Positions 9,829-18,169 of a stretch of 64,000 nucleotides of DNA are shown here, piece by piece. The notes beneath the pieces are model-generated. The model was given only the letters and a program-made list of their open reading frames with translations, ran no database searches and had not been told where the DNA came from. Position 1 is the stretch's first letter, and each line of letters opens with the position of its first letter. Origin of the DNA: Patescibacteria group bacterium (GTDB taxonomy: Bacteria > Patescibacteriota > Minisyncoccia > Phycocordibacterales > JACOZG01); assembly GCA_038065495.1 (NCBI GenBank), contig JBBTQW010000002.1, positions 362,641-426,640 of the forward strand, given 5' to 3'. A program made the translations under genes and the position numbers.

Positions 9829-9948
9829 TGCATTAAGGCCCAGTTTTGGGCTGATTTTGGTCTTTTACAAGAGAGGAGAGTGATAGTTCCGCTGTTTGGG
9901 GGACGTGTTCTTAACTTTGGGGGACATTTCTGTGTGAAGGAGAAAGTG

Positions 9949-10614
9949 ATGAAGAAAGCTTGTTGTTTGGTTTTGGCGTTGGTTCTGGCGGTGCTCGCTT
10001 CGCCGTTCGCGGTGGAGGCCAGCCAGGTTTCCTCGTTCCATCAGAGTTGGAATGTGGGCGGTTTCCAGGCCAATTACGGCGGTGGCACGGACGAGTTCGG
10101 CGCTTGGGGTCACGTGTGGGCCGAGTCCCCAGTCCATCGGATAGAAGGAGTTTACGCGTCGTTCGATCACCCGCAAGGGTCCTCTGACGATGTCTGGATT
10201 TGGTCTGTTGGCGTGCGCGGTATCAAGAACAATTCGCTCAATCAACAGTCGAATAGCACTTGGACGAATCTCAGTATCGCCGGCGTGAGCTTCAGTCAGG
10301 GCGCCGCGGTCGGTTATTCTGATTGGAATGGTGGCTTCAATAACGCTTCCGCCAGTCTGAATGTCGGCCCATCGCAGGTCAGTGGCGCCTATCTCTGGTA
10401 CAACGAGTATTGGGAAGAATACGACGGCCTAACTCACTTCTCGATCAACGTGAACTTCTACGGAAGCTTCGGCGCTGACGAGGAGGGGAGAATGCTCGGT
10501 CGTTCGTACTTTGGCCTCACGCCGGAACCCGGCTCGCTTGGTCAGATGGGCCTCGCCGCTCTTCTGCTCCTCTGGCGTCGGCCGATGGCGCTGAACCTCC
10601 GTTGCTTGTTCTGA
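9949..10614 (+). CDS. Secreted protein with N-terminal signal peptide and a PEP-CTERM-like C-terminal sorting signal
   Basis: AAGGAG RBS before ATG 9949. Signal peptide MKKACCLVLALVLAVLASPFAVEA. C-terminus TPEPGSLGQMGLAALLLLWRRP. GC-rich relative to neighbouring genes. Confidence 0.6.
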   Translation: MKKACCLVLALVLAVLASPFAVEASQVSSFHQSWNVGGFQANYGGGTDEFGAWGHVWAESPVHRIEGVYASFDHPQGSSDDVWIWSVGVRGIKNNSLNQQSNSTWTNLSIAGVSFSQGAAVGYSDWNGGFNNASASLNVGPSQVSGAYLWYNEYWEEYDGLTHFSINVNFYGSFGADEEGRMLGRSYFGLTPEPGSLGQMGLAALLLLWRRPMALNLRCLF

Positions 10615-10653
10615 AAAACCTCACCAGCTAGACTACTAGCTTCTAGGGGGAGT

Positions 10654-10687
10654 CCCGCTTGGTCAATCGACTGAGCGGGATTTTTTA
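10654..10687 (+). terminator. Intrinsic terminator tcccgct-N13-agcggga plus T7
   Basis: 7-bp GC stem then TTTTTTA. Confidence 0.6.
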
Positions 10688-10705
10688 TGTTTAAAAATTT
10701 AGCTC

Positions 10706-10733
10706 TTGACAAAGATTTTGCCTGTGCTATGTT
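10706..10733 (+). promoter_or_regulatory. Promoter TTGACA-N16-TGcTATGTT
   Basis: cTTGACAaagattttgcctgTGCTATGTT. Confidence 0.5.
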
Positions 10734-10786
10734 CGTGGTTGGGAGTGCTGTGTTGCACTTTGTAAATCTACTGAAAGGGTAAATTC

Positions 10787-11230
10787 ATGAAGCGTTACTT
10801 GTTGCTCGGTTGGCCGTTTGCGGTGCTTCTTGCCGTGGGTTTTGCAGGAGGCAGTGAGCTGAGAATCACTTCGGGGCTTGGAACATTTCTGTTTGCTATC
10901 ATTGCGGCAGCTTGCGCGTGTTGTGCCGTTTTCGGCACCATCCACGCTCGTGGCTTTCCGGCGGACTATCAATTTTTGGTGAATCACGCCATTTACGAAG
11001 TCTTGAATGTTTATCAAGCAGAAGGCTCGCGCCAGGATGACAAGGGTTCTGTTTGGTGGTTAGTTCTCCGTCATCAGAACGGTGACCAGCTTGTCTATAG
11101 CTGGCAAGGTGTTCCGCCAGTTTGTAGTACTTCGGTGAAGGTAAGGAGGGTGACGGCAGGTTCCACAAATGGCGGCTTTGTTCTCGACCCTTACCCACCG
11201 CCAGCAGAAAAGCCGAAAACGGATGTCTGA
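10787..11230 (+). CDS. Hypothetical membrane/secreted protein
   Basis: 147 aa. N-terminal hydrophobic segments. No recognisable domain. Confidence 0.5.
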   Translation: MKRYLLLGWPFAVLLAVGFAGGSELRITSGLGTFLFAIIAAACACCAVFGTIHARGFPADYQFLVNHAIYEVLNVYQAEGSRQDDKGSVWWLVLRHQNGDQLVYSWQGVPPVCSTSVKVRRVTAGSTNGGFVLDPYPPPAEKPKTDV

Positions 11231-11256
11231 TTCTCAGTAAGTTCAGTCGAAACCGT

Positions 11257-11305
11257 CCCGCTAGAGTCACAACAAAATGTTGTTGATTCTGGCGGGATTT
11301 TTTTA
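11257..11305. terminator. Bidirectional intrinsic terminator between convergent genes (10787 gene and ruvB)
   Basis: cccgctaga...caacaaaatgttgttg...tctggcggg stem with A-tract before and T8 after. Confidence 0.6.
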
Positions 11306-11316
11306 TTGCCAAAAAT

Positions 11317-12339
11317 CTAAATTAGTTTTCCCTGCTTATCTTGTGGATAATCGTAGCCGAGGTGATCATAAGCTTTTTTCGTTGCTTGGCGGCCGCGCGG
11401 CGTGCGCTCCAGCATTCCCAATTGAATTAAATATGGTTCATGGACTTCTTCAATCGTCGCTTCTTCTTCGTGCGTCGCCGTGGCAATCGTGCTCACGCCG
11501 ACTGGCCCGCCGTTGAACTTCTCAATCATCACGGCCAGCATTTTGCGGTCGCCTTCGGTCAGTCCCAGCTCGTCCACGCCCATTAGGCTTAGCGCTTCCC
11601 GCGAGATTTGGTGATTGATTTTCTCGTTTCGCAGTTGCGCGAGATCGCGACATCGCTTCAAGAACTGATTGGCAATCCGGGGTGTAAACCGACTGCGCTG
11701 GGCAATCTCCAGCGCTGCTTTTTCTTCCAGATCTACACCCAAGATCTGCGCCGAGCGCTGGATGATACTTTTTATTTCCTCACTGGAGTAAAATTCAAGC
11801 CGAAAAGTGCCACCGGAGAAGCGCGAGCGCAGTGGCGCAGAGAGTAATGCCGGTCGAGTGGTCGCGGCTACGAGCGTGAAGGGTGGGAGATCGAGTTGGA
11901 TCACGCGCGCGCCGGGACCTTTGCCAATAATGATATTTAATTTGCCACTTTCCATCGCGGGATAGAGAATTTCTTCGATCATTTTGTTCAAGCGATGCAC
12001 TTCGTCTATAAAGAGCATATCGCCTGATGCTAAATTGGTGAGAATGCTCGCGAGATCGCCGACGCGCTCAATGGCTGGGCCGGAAGTAATTTTTAACTGC
12101 GCACCAATCTCTTTGGCAATCAAGTGGGCGAGTGTGGTCTTGCCGAGGCCGGGTGGACCGTAGAAAAGTAGATGTTCCGGCGGCTGACCACGCTCTTTGG
12201 CGGCGCGGAGCAAGATTTGGAGGTTGTCTTTGATATTTTTTTGGCCAATATAATCGGCCCAGGCGCTTGGTCGGAGCGCACTATCGAGGAACCACTCGGG
12301 CGAGGCGGTATTTGGCTGGTTGTTCTTGCTACTTGACAT
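11317..12339 (-). CDS. ruvB: Holliday junction branch-migration ATPase RuvB
   Basis: 340 aa. Walker A GPPGLGKTTLAHLIA. RuvB winged-helix C-terminal domain. Confidence 0.95.
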   Translation of the reverse strand: MSSSKNNQPNTASPEWFLDSALRPSAWADYIGQKNIKDNLQILLRAAKERGQPPEHLLFYGPPGLGKTTLAHLIAKEIGAQLKITSGPAIERVGDLASILTNLASGDMLFIDEVHRLNKMIEEILYPAMESGKLNIIIGKGPGARVIQLDLPPFTLVAATTRPALLSAPLRSRFSGGTFRLEFYSSEEIKSIIQRSAQILGVDLEEKAALEIAQRSRFTPRIANQFLKRCRDLAQLRNEKINHQISREALSLMGVDELGLTEGDRKMLAVMIEKFNGGPVGVSTIATATHEEEATIEEVHEPYLIQLGMLERTPRGRQATKKAYDHLGYDYPQDKQGKLI

Positions 12340-12361
12340 TTAATCTTGGTTATGCTAGGAT
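12333..12361 (+). promoter_or_regulatory. Plus-strand promoter TTGACA-N17-TGcTAGGAT overlapping the ruvB start codon
   Basis: cTTGACAtttaatcttggttaTGCTAGGAT. Same family as the other strong promoters. Would transcribe the 238-nt ruvB-pilB intergenic region on the plus strand. Confidence 0.4.
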
Positions 12362-12367
12362 GCCCTT

Positions 12368-12570
12368 TGGTTGGTCATCAAGGTCATAAACCTCTAAGCA
12401 ACTAAGCTCTTCCGGGTTTAAACGGGTTTAGCCAAAAGGACAAGGCAGTTACTAGCTTTCGGGCCAGTTTGCTTCCTTTATCCTTGCGGCTTTACCTCAC
12501 TCTCCGCTTTGGCGGAGGGGCTTGCTTAGAGGTTTATGCTCTCGATGTAAGGTGCCAACCGTTCGGGATT
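12368..12570 (+). ncRNA. Candidate structured ncRNA of about 200 nt with extensive 5'/3' end pairing, class unknown (6S-like or SRP-like rod topology)
   Basis: Perfect 17-bp long-range helix 12385-12401 / 12522-12538. Outer GGUUGG/CCAACC (12368-73 / 12555-60). Inner CUCUUCC/GGAGGGG. Local hairpin ctccgc-tttg-gcggag. No ORF. Confidence 0.35.
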
Positions 12571-12577
12571 TACTCTA

Positions 12578-14275
12578 CTACAGAATTTCTTCGTGGATAT
12601 CCACCACTCGGCTTAGTTCACCCAGATCCGTCTCGCCTTTTAGCACTTTTAGCACGCCGTCTTGCCGCATATCTAGGATCCCTTGCGGCCGAGCGGCGAT
12701 TTTGATCTCCCGCTCGCTCGGATTCTCTACCAAGAGCGCCGCCACCGCATTATCAATCATAATTGCCTCAAATAATCCTTGCCGGCCGCGGTAACCGGTG
12801 TGATTACATTCGTCACAGCCGCCGACTTTTGGCTGCAAGACTTGGTCCGTGCTTGGCAGCACTAGGGTCGGCCGCTTGACCTTGATAGATTCTAGCACAG
12901 CGTCCAGTAATTTTTTTTCTTCACTTGTTGGCGTGCGCTTTTCTTTGCAAACTGGGCACAAATTGCGCACAAGCCGTTGCGCCATCGCTAAGTTTAGTGC
13001 CGAGTCGATAATTTTGGGATTCACGTCCAGATCAATCAATCTTGGCACCGTACCAGCGGCGTTATTGGTGTGGAGTGTAGAAAAAACAAGGTGACCAGTG
13101 AGTGAGGCGTTAATTGCAATCTTGGCTGTTTCTTTATCCCGAATTTCGCCGACCATAATGATGTCCGGATCTTGGCGAAGAGCGCTGCGCAAACCGGTTA
13201 AGAAAGTGTAATTCTTGTCTGGATTCACTTGTGTCTGGTTAATGCCTTGCAAGTGATATTCGATTGGATCTTCGATCGTGATAATTTTATTTTCTGAGTT
13301 GCTGACATAACGCAGAAAAGCATACAAAGTAGTTGTTTTACCCGAACCGGTGGGGCCGGTGAGGAAGACGGCCCCATTCGGTTTGGTAATCTCTTTTTTT
13401 ACAATTTCAAAGAGTTGCGGTTCGATTCCTAATGTTTCGAAAGTAACGGCAATTGCCTCGGGATTGAGCAAGCGCAGCACGATTGACTCGCCATAAGCGC
13501 CGGGCAAGATCGAAGTTCTGATTTCAATGTCTGTTTCGTTTAATCTAATACTTAACCGGCCATCTTGCGCGGACTTTTTGATATTCAACTTCAAGCCTGA
13601 TAGCAACTTTACTCTAGACAAAATCTGATTGTATAACTTGTGCTCGAGAAAAGTAACATCATGCAAGACGCCGTCTAGTCTAAATCTGACTCTCACTCTT
13701 TCTGCCTGCGGCTCAATGTGGATGTCAGACGCTTTCGTCACAATCCCGCCAGCCAGCAAGACTTCCAGAAGATTAGAAATGCCACCAGCCGCCAGCGCTG
13801 TTACGCCTTCGGCCGAGAAGAGTTGGTTGAGGCTAGCCAGGTCATTAATTTTCTTAGTAAACTCGGCAATGGCCTCATTAGAAATATCAATTACGCCCGC
13901 CTCTGTTCTAGTAGAGCGCGAAATTTCTTTGTAACGACTCCAAGCGCGGTCCAGACTAGCCTGTGAGCCGAGATAGAGATTGAGATTATAATTTTTCTCA
14001 CGCAACTCTGCTAAAGCATTTTTCGTTTCCTGCTTCTCTGGCGAGATAGTGACGAGAAACAAATTCCGGCCACTAAGTTTAAAAGCCGCGAGACTACTCT
14101 TGCGCGCATCAGTTTCGCTAATCAGTCTCAACGCATCAGTATTGATAGGGAACTTAGAGAGATCGATGTAGGGGATCTGATATTTCGCCGAGAGCATATC
14201 GGCCAGCGCCTCGGCCTCATGGCCGTGGAGCTCGGCGAGCTTCTTAACCTCCGTTTCGTCACTAAATTTAAGCAT
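12578..14275 (-). CDS. pilB: Type IV pilus / type II secretion assembly ATPase (PilB/GspE family)
   Basis: 565 aa. Walker A FLTGPTGSGKTTTLYA. C-terminal tetracysteine CPVCK...CDECNHTGYRGRQG. N-terminal GSPII domain. Confidence 0.9.
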   Translation of the reverse strand: MLKFSDETEVKKLAELHGHEAEALADMLSAKYQIPYIDLSKFPINTDALRLISETDARKSSLAAFKLSGRNLFLVTISPEKQETKNALAELREKNYNLNLYLGSQASLDRAWSRYKEISRSTRTEAGVIDISNEAIAEFTKKINDLASLNQLFSAEGVTALAAGGISNLLEVLLAGGIVTKASDIHIEPQAERVRVRFRLDGVLHDVTFLEHKLYNQILSRVKLLSGLKLNIKKSAQDGRLSIRLNETDIEIRTSILPGAYGESIVLRLLNPEAIAVTFETLGIEPQLFEIVKKEITKPNGAVFLTGPTGSGKTTTLYAFLRYVSNSENKIITIEDPIEYHLQGINQTQVNPDKNYTFLTGLRSALRQDPDIIMVGEIRDKETAKIAINASLTGHLVFSTLHTNNAAGTVPRLIDLDVNPKIIDSALNLAMAQRLVRNLCPVCKEKRTPTSEEKKLLDAVLESIKVKRPTLVLPSTDQVLQPKVGGCDECNHTGYRGRQGLFEAIMIDNAVAALLVENPSEREIKIAARPQGILDMRQDGVLKVLKGETDLGELSRVVDIHEEIL

Positions 14276-14351
14276 CTTTGCTTAAGCTTAACGCTTTTCA
14301 CTTTCTCCCACAACCGCCAAATTAGCCTTATTTTGGGCCATTTTTTACCCC

Positions 14352-14379
14352 TTGACAAAATCTACCCATTTGCTATACT
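14352..14379 (+). promoter_or_regulatory. Promoter TTGACA-N16-TGcTATACT
   Basis: cTTGACAaaatctacccattTGCTATACTtagg. Confidence 0.55.
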
Positions 14380-14451
14380 TAGGCTAGTCTAGAGTTAAGT
14401 AAAAACATTGGCTTTTTGGCTTGAGATATAGCCTAGAAAGAGAAATTAGCC

Positions 14452-15048
14452 ATGAAAAGGTCTTTGATTTGGATTGCTGTTATCGTTCTTCTCTTCGTCG
14501 CGCAAGTCGCTTCGGCACAGAACTATTCTGCCGGACGCCATTCTTATGGCGGTGGATACTATGGCTTCGGTGGTGGTGTGCGGCCAAGTTTCTTGAGTTC
14601 TGGCCGGGGTTGTAATTCTGGTTACTATCAGAGTTACCGCTACAGCTCTTACTACTACAATCCTGCGCCGATTATCTACGCTCCGCCGCCGGTGATCTAT
14701 CGGCCTCAGCCGATCTACTACAGCCAGCCGGCAGTTGTTTATACACAACCAGCGCCGGTGGTGGTGAATGTGGTTCCGGTCAAGATTTGGACTGAAGCGG
14801 AACTGATCTCAGTGGTGAAGCAACGCTTTGAGATGAAATATCGCAGCGAGCTGAGCCAGATCAGCGACATCACGATCCAGCGTGTGGCCGGCAGTGAGGA
14901 GTATCACAAGAGCGGCGCCATGGAAGAGGTCAAGTACCTCGTTATCTGGAATTTCACTGAGAAATCTCGAGATGGCGTGGAGAAGACCACGATGAAAGAC
15001 AAGAAAGTCGAACTTGAGTTCGACAAGTTTGGGAATCTGGACGATTAA
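14452..15048 (+). CDS. Secreted low-complexity Tyr/Gly/Pro-rich protein
   Basis: Signal peptide MKRSLIWIAVIVLLFVAQVASA. GGYYGFGGG...YYYNPAPIIYAPPPVIYRPQPIYYSQP repeats. Confidence 0.55.
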   Translation: MKRSLIWIAVIVLLFVAQVASAQNYSAGRHSYGGGYYGFGGGVRPSFLSSGRGCNSGYYQSYRYSSYYYNPAPIIYAPPPVIYRPQPIYYSQPAVVYTQPAPVVVNVVPVKIWTEAELISVVKQRFEMKYRSELSQISDITIQRVAGSEEYHKSGAMEEVKYLVIWNFTEKSRDGVEKTTMKDKKVELEFDKFGNLDD

Positions 15049-15073
15049 GCATCTTCCAAATTGCCGGACAACC

Positions 15074-15106
15074 CAGCCCCAGCGGAAACGCCGGGGCTGT
15101 TTTTTA
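15074..15106 (+). terminator. Intrinsic terminator agccccagcg-gaaa-cgccggggct plus T6
   Basis: 10-bp GC stem with GAAA loop, then TTTTTT. Confidence 0.7.
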
Positions 15107-15125
15107 TGCTAAAATCGGGTAGTAA

Positions 15126-15557
15126 ATGGTAGAAAAGTTGAGCAAAAGTCTAGAGGAGACGAGAGAATTAGCCAGAGATTTCTTGGCTAGTTTGAACGCG
15201 AATAATACCAGCGCAACTGTTGTTGGTTTGTCTGGAGATCTTGGTTCTGGTAAAACCGCCTTCACGCAAGCCTTGGCGCGCGAGCTAGGCATCTCTGAAC
15301 CAATCACCAGCCCGACTTTTGTGCTTGAAAAAATATATAAACTAGAGAATCAGAAATTCGGGAAGTTAATTCACGTTGATGCGTATAGATTAGAGGGTGG
15401 CGCAGAATTATTGAAACTCGGTTTTGCAGAATTATTGCAAGATAAAAGTAATTTGATAATTATTGAGTGGGTCGAGAGAGTGCGAGAAATTTTGGGTGAG
15501 TTTAGAGAAATAGATTTTAAATTTATTGATGAACAAACTCGTGAAATCAAATACTAA
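15126..15557 (+). CDS. tsaE: tRNA t6A37 threonylcarbamoyladenosine biosynthesis protein TsaE
   Basis: 143 aa. P-loop GLSGDLGSGKTAFTQ. SPTFVL and HVDAYRL motifs of YjeE/TsaE. Confidence 0.8.
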   Translation: MVEKLSKSLEETRELARDFLASLNANNTSATVVGLSGDLGSGKTAFTQALARELGISEPITSPTFVLEKIYKLENQKFGKLIHVDAYRLEGGAELLKLGFAELLQDKSNLIIIEWVERVREILGEFREIDFKFIDEQTREIKY

Positions 15558-17910
15558 AGTTAAAACTAAAAATAAAAACAGCAAGAAGCTAATCTTGCTC
15601 GACGCGCATGCGATTATCCATCGCGCTTATCACGCGCTACCAGACTTCCAGAATAGCGCTGGTGTGCCCACGGGCGCGCTGTACGGTATCGCCGCGATGC
15701 TGGTGAAAATTATTAACGAACTCAAGCCGGATTATCTGGTGGCTTGTTACGACCGTGCGGAGGCCACTTTCCGGAAGCAGATTTATGATGATTACAAAGC
15801 TGGTCGGGCGAAGACGGAAGATAATCTGGTTGCGCAACTTGAGAGTTCACGTGAATTATTCACGAGCTTCAATATTCCCATCTATGATCTCGCCGGCTTC
15901 GAAGCTGATGACATGATTGGCACGATTGTAGAGCAGATTAAGCAAGATAAAACGCAGAAGAACACGCAAGTGATTATCGCGAGTGGCGATATGGACACAC
16001 TTCAGCTGGTTGATGATGAGAAAGTGGTGGTTTATACGCTCAAGAAGGGAATTAATGACACTATTCTGTATGACGAGCAGAAAGTGGTTGAACGCTTTGG
16101 CTTCAAGCCAGAACTCTTGCCGGATTGGAAAGGTTTGCGTGGTGATCCGAGTGACAACATCATCGGCATTGCGGGCATTGGTGAGAAAACGGCGACTATT
16201 TTGATTACTAAATTTGGCAAACTGGAAGAGATTTATAAAAAACTGAAAGATAAGAAAGTAGAGAAAGAAAATTTTAAGATTTTCAGAGAAGCGGGCTTAA
16301 CTGACAGAATTATTAAATTACTAAAAGATGGCGAAGAAGAAGCGATTTTTTCGAAAACGCTCGCCACGATTCGAAGAGACGCCGGAATTAAGTTTGTGTG
16401 GCCGGAGAAAGTCTGGCGGGAGAGTGTGGATCTCGAAAAAGTGGATGAGTTGTTTAAGAAACTGGAATTCCGAACACTTGGCACGCGTGTGAGATCAGCG
16501 CTAAGTGGCGAAGCGGTGATTAGCGCGAAAACTCCAGCTAAGCCAGAGCCAGAAATATTAGAATCAGAGCTGGCGATTGCGGTTGGCTTGCTGGATTCGG
16601 AAGTGGGCAGTGCGCCGACAAGAGAAGATCTGGAGCGCTTGGGCGGAGAAGAGAAAGTCTTAGCTGAACTAAAAAAGACTAATTTACAAAAAGTTTATGA
16701 AAATATCGAATTGCCACTTGTTGCTATTCTGGAGAAAGCGCAAGAGCACGGGATTCTGGTTGATGTAAAATATTTGAAAAAATTATCAGAGCAATATCAT
16801 GCCGAACAGACAGAAATAGAGCAGAGAATTTATAAAACCGTTGGTCAGGAGTTTAATCTTAATTCGCCGAAACAGCTTGCTGAAATCTTGTTTGATAAAT
16901 TGATGCTGAAAACGGGTAAAAAAACCGCCGGTGGCGCACGCAGTACGAAAGAATCTGAGCTAATTAAACTGCAAGATTCTCATCCGGTAATTGCTGATAT
17001 TCTCGCTTATCGCGAATTACAGAAATTGCTCTCCACTTACATCGATAGTTTGCCAAACTTGGTAGATAAAAACGGCCGACTGCACTCTAAACTGCATCAA
17101 CTCGGCGCTGCGACTGGGCGGATGTCTTCGTCTGATCCTAATCTCCAGAATATCCCAGCGAGTGGTGAGCGCGCAACGGAAATTAGGCGCGCTTTTCTGG
17201 CCAGTCCGGGCTACGCTTGGTGCGCTTGTGATTATTCGCAGATCGAGATGCGTGTGCTGGCAGCTCTCTCGGGAGATCAAGAATTGATCCGGATTTTCAA
17301 CGCTGGCGAGGATGTGCACACGAGTGTAGCCGTGCGCGTTTTCAAAGTTAAGCCAGAAAATGTCACAAAAGAAATGCGACGCCGCGCGAAGGTGATTAAC
17401 TTTGGCATTGTGTATGGCATGGGCGTTAATGCGTTGAAGGCGAATTTGGGAACGAGCCGAGACGAAGCGCAGAAATTCTATGACGATTATTTCGCAAACT
17501 TTCCCAGCATCCAGAACTATTTCGAAGAAGTTAAGACTAATGCACGGAAACTGGGTTATACCGAAACTTTCTTTGGCCGACGCAGATATTTCTCCGGACT
17601 CAAGTCTAGCTTGCCATTTGTGCGCGCGATGAACGAGCGCATGGCGGTGAATGCGCCGCTCCAAGGCACAGCGGCGGATATTGTGAAGATTGCGATGCGC
17701 GAAGTGGATGAGTTAATTCAGAAGAACAAGTGGCAAGATTCGGTGCACTTACTACTCCAAGTCCACGACGAGCTGATCTATGAGATCAAGAGTGAGAAAG
17801 TAGACGAGATTCTACCGCAAATCAAGCAAGCAATGGAGAATGTGAAAGGCTTGAGCGTGCCGCTGGTCGCCACAGCGGGGAGTGGGCCGAACTGGGCGGA
17901 GGTGAGGTAA
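15529..17910 (+). CDS. polA: DNA polymerase I (5'-3' exonuclease plus polymerase domains; 3'-5' exonuclease domain apparently reduced)
   Basis: 5'-nuclease LLDAHAIIHRAYHAL. Pol motif A DYSQIEMRVLA. Motif B RRRAKVINFGIVYGMG. Motif C QVHDELIYE. Confidence 0.9.
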   Translation: MNKLVKSNTKVKTKNKNSKKLILLDAHAIIHRAYHALPDFQNSAGVPTGALYGIAAMLVKIINELKPDYLVACYDRAEATFRKQIYDDYKAGRAKTEDNLVAQLESSRELFTSFNIPIYDLAGFEADDMIGTIVEQIKQDKTQKNTQVIIASGDMDTLQLVDDEKVVVYTLKKGINDTILYDEQKVVERFGFKPELLPDWKGLRGDPSDNIIGIAGIGEKTATILITKFGKLEEIYKKLKDKKVEKENFKIFREAGLTDRIIKLLKDGEEEAIFSKTLATIRRDAGIKFVWPEKVWRESVDLEKVDELFKKLEFRTLGTRVRSALSGEAVISAKTPAKPEPEILESELAIAVGLLDSEVGSAPTREDLERLGGEEKVLAELKKTNLQKVYENIELPLVAILEKAQEHGILVDVKYLKKLSEQYHAEQTEIEQRIYKTVGQEFNLNSPKQLAEILFDKLMLKTGKKTAGGARSTKESELIKLQDSHPVIADILAYRELQKLLSTYIDSLPNLVDKNGRLHSKLHQLGAATGRMSSSDPNLQNIPASGERATEIRRAFLASPGYAWCACDYSQIEMRVLAALSGDQELIRIFNAGEDVHTSVAVRVFKVKPENVTKEMRRRAKVINFGIVYGMGVNALKANLGTSRDEAQKFYDDYFANFPSIQNYFEEVKTNARKLGYTETFFGRRRYFSGLKSSLPFVRAMNERMAVNAPLQGTAADIVKIAMREVDELIQKNKWQDSVHLLLQVHDELIYEIKSEKVDEILPQIKQAMENVKGLSVPLVATAGSGPNWAEVR

Positions 17911-17912
17911 TA

Positions 17913-17941
17913 TTTACAAAAAAGTGTTATGTTGCTAATGT
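17913..17941 (+). promoter_or_regulatory. Promoter TTTACA-N17-TGcTAATGT
   Basis: Downstream of the polA stop. Drives a short non-coding transcript. Confidence 0.4.
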
Positions 17942-17948
17942 GTGGCTG

Positions 17949-18123
17949 ATGGTTGGCGGCTGGTGCCTTGATTCAAAATGAGACTCGACCTAACCATGTC
18001 CCATTGGGGCATCGACTACAACACAATACCACTGGATGCATCCGGTAATTAATCGAGGAGATCACACCAGCTGCCCCCATCATTTATCGCCCAGACATAC
18101 TGTCTAAGGGCGGTTTTTCTTTT
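17949..18123 (+). ncRNA. Candidate structured ncRNA of about 175 nt with its own promoter and intrinsic terminator
   Basis: Long closing helix UGAUGG-uu-GGCGGCUGGUG (17952-68) / CACCAGCUGCC-c-CCAUCA (18068-87). Internal palindrome GGATGCATCC. Terminator cgccc-agac...gtct-aa-gggcg plus T-tract 18088-18123. Only 10-24 aa ORFs, none with an SD. Confidence 0.35.
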
Positions 18124-18136
18124 CCCAAAACTTTCA

Positions 18137-18145
18137 TGCTATAAT
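18137..18145 (+). promoter_or_regulatory. Extended -10 TGCTATAAT for the mgtC-like gene
   Basis: tcaTGCTATAATctgc 25 nt upstream of ATG 18170. Confidence 0.5.
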
Positions 18146-18169
18146 CTGCTTAAGTAAAAAGAGCAAAAT

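Noticed and set aside
8737-11351. Perfect DnaA boxes TGTGGATAA at 8737-8745 and 11343-11351 as secondary origins
   Set aside because: These are isolated single boxes, one within the ruvB coding sequence, with no AT-rich DUE. They are most likely chance or titration sites. The real oriC candidate is the dnaA-dnaN spacer.
12368-12570. SRP (4.5S) RNA or RNase P RNA identity for the structured intergenic RNA
   Set aside because: Could not find domain IV GGAAGCAGCCAAGG-type or P4/RNase P conserved blocks. Only weak fragments (ACAAGGCAG, AGGAAGCA) are present. Left as an unclassified ncRNA candidate.
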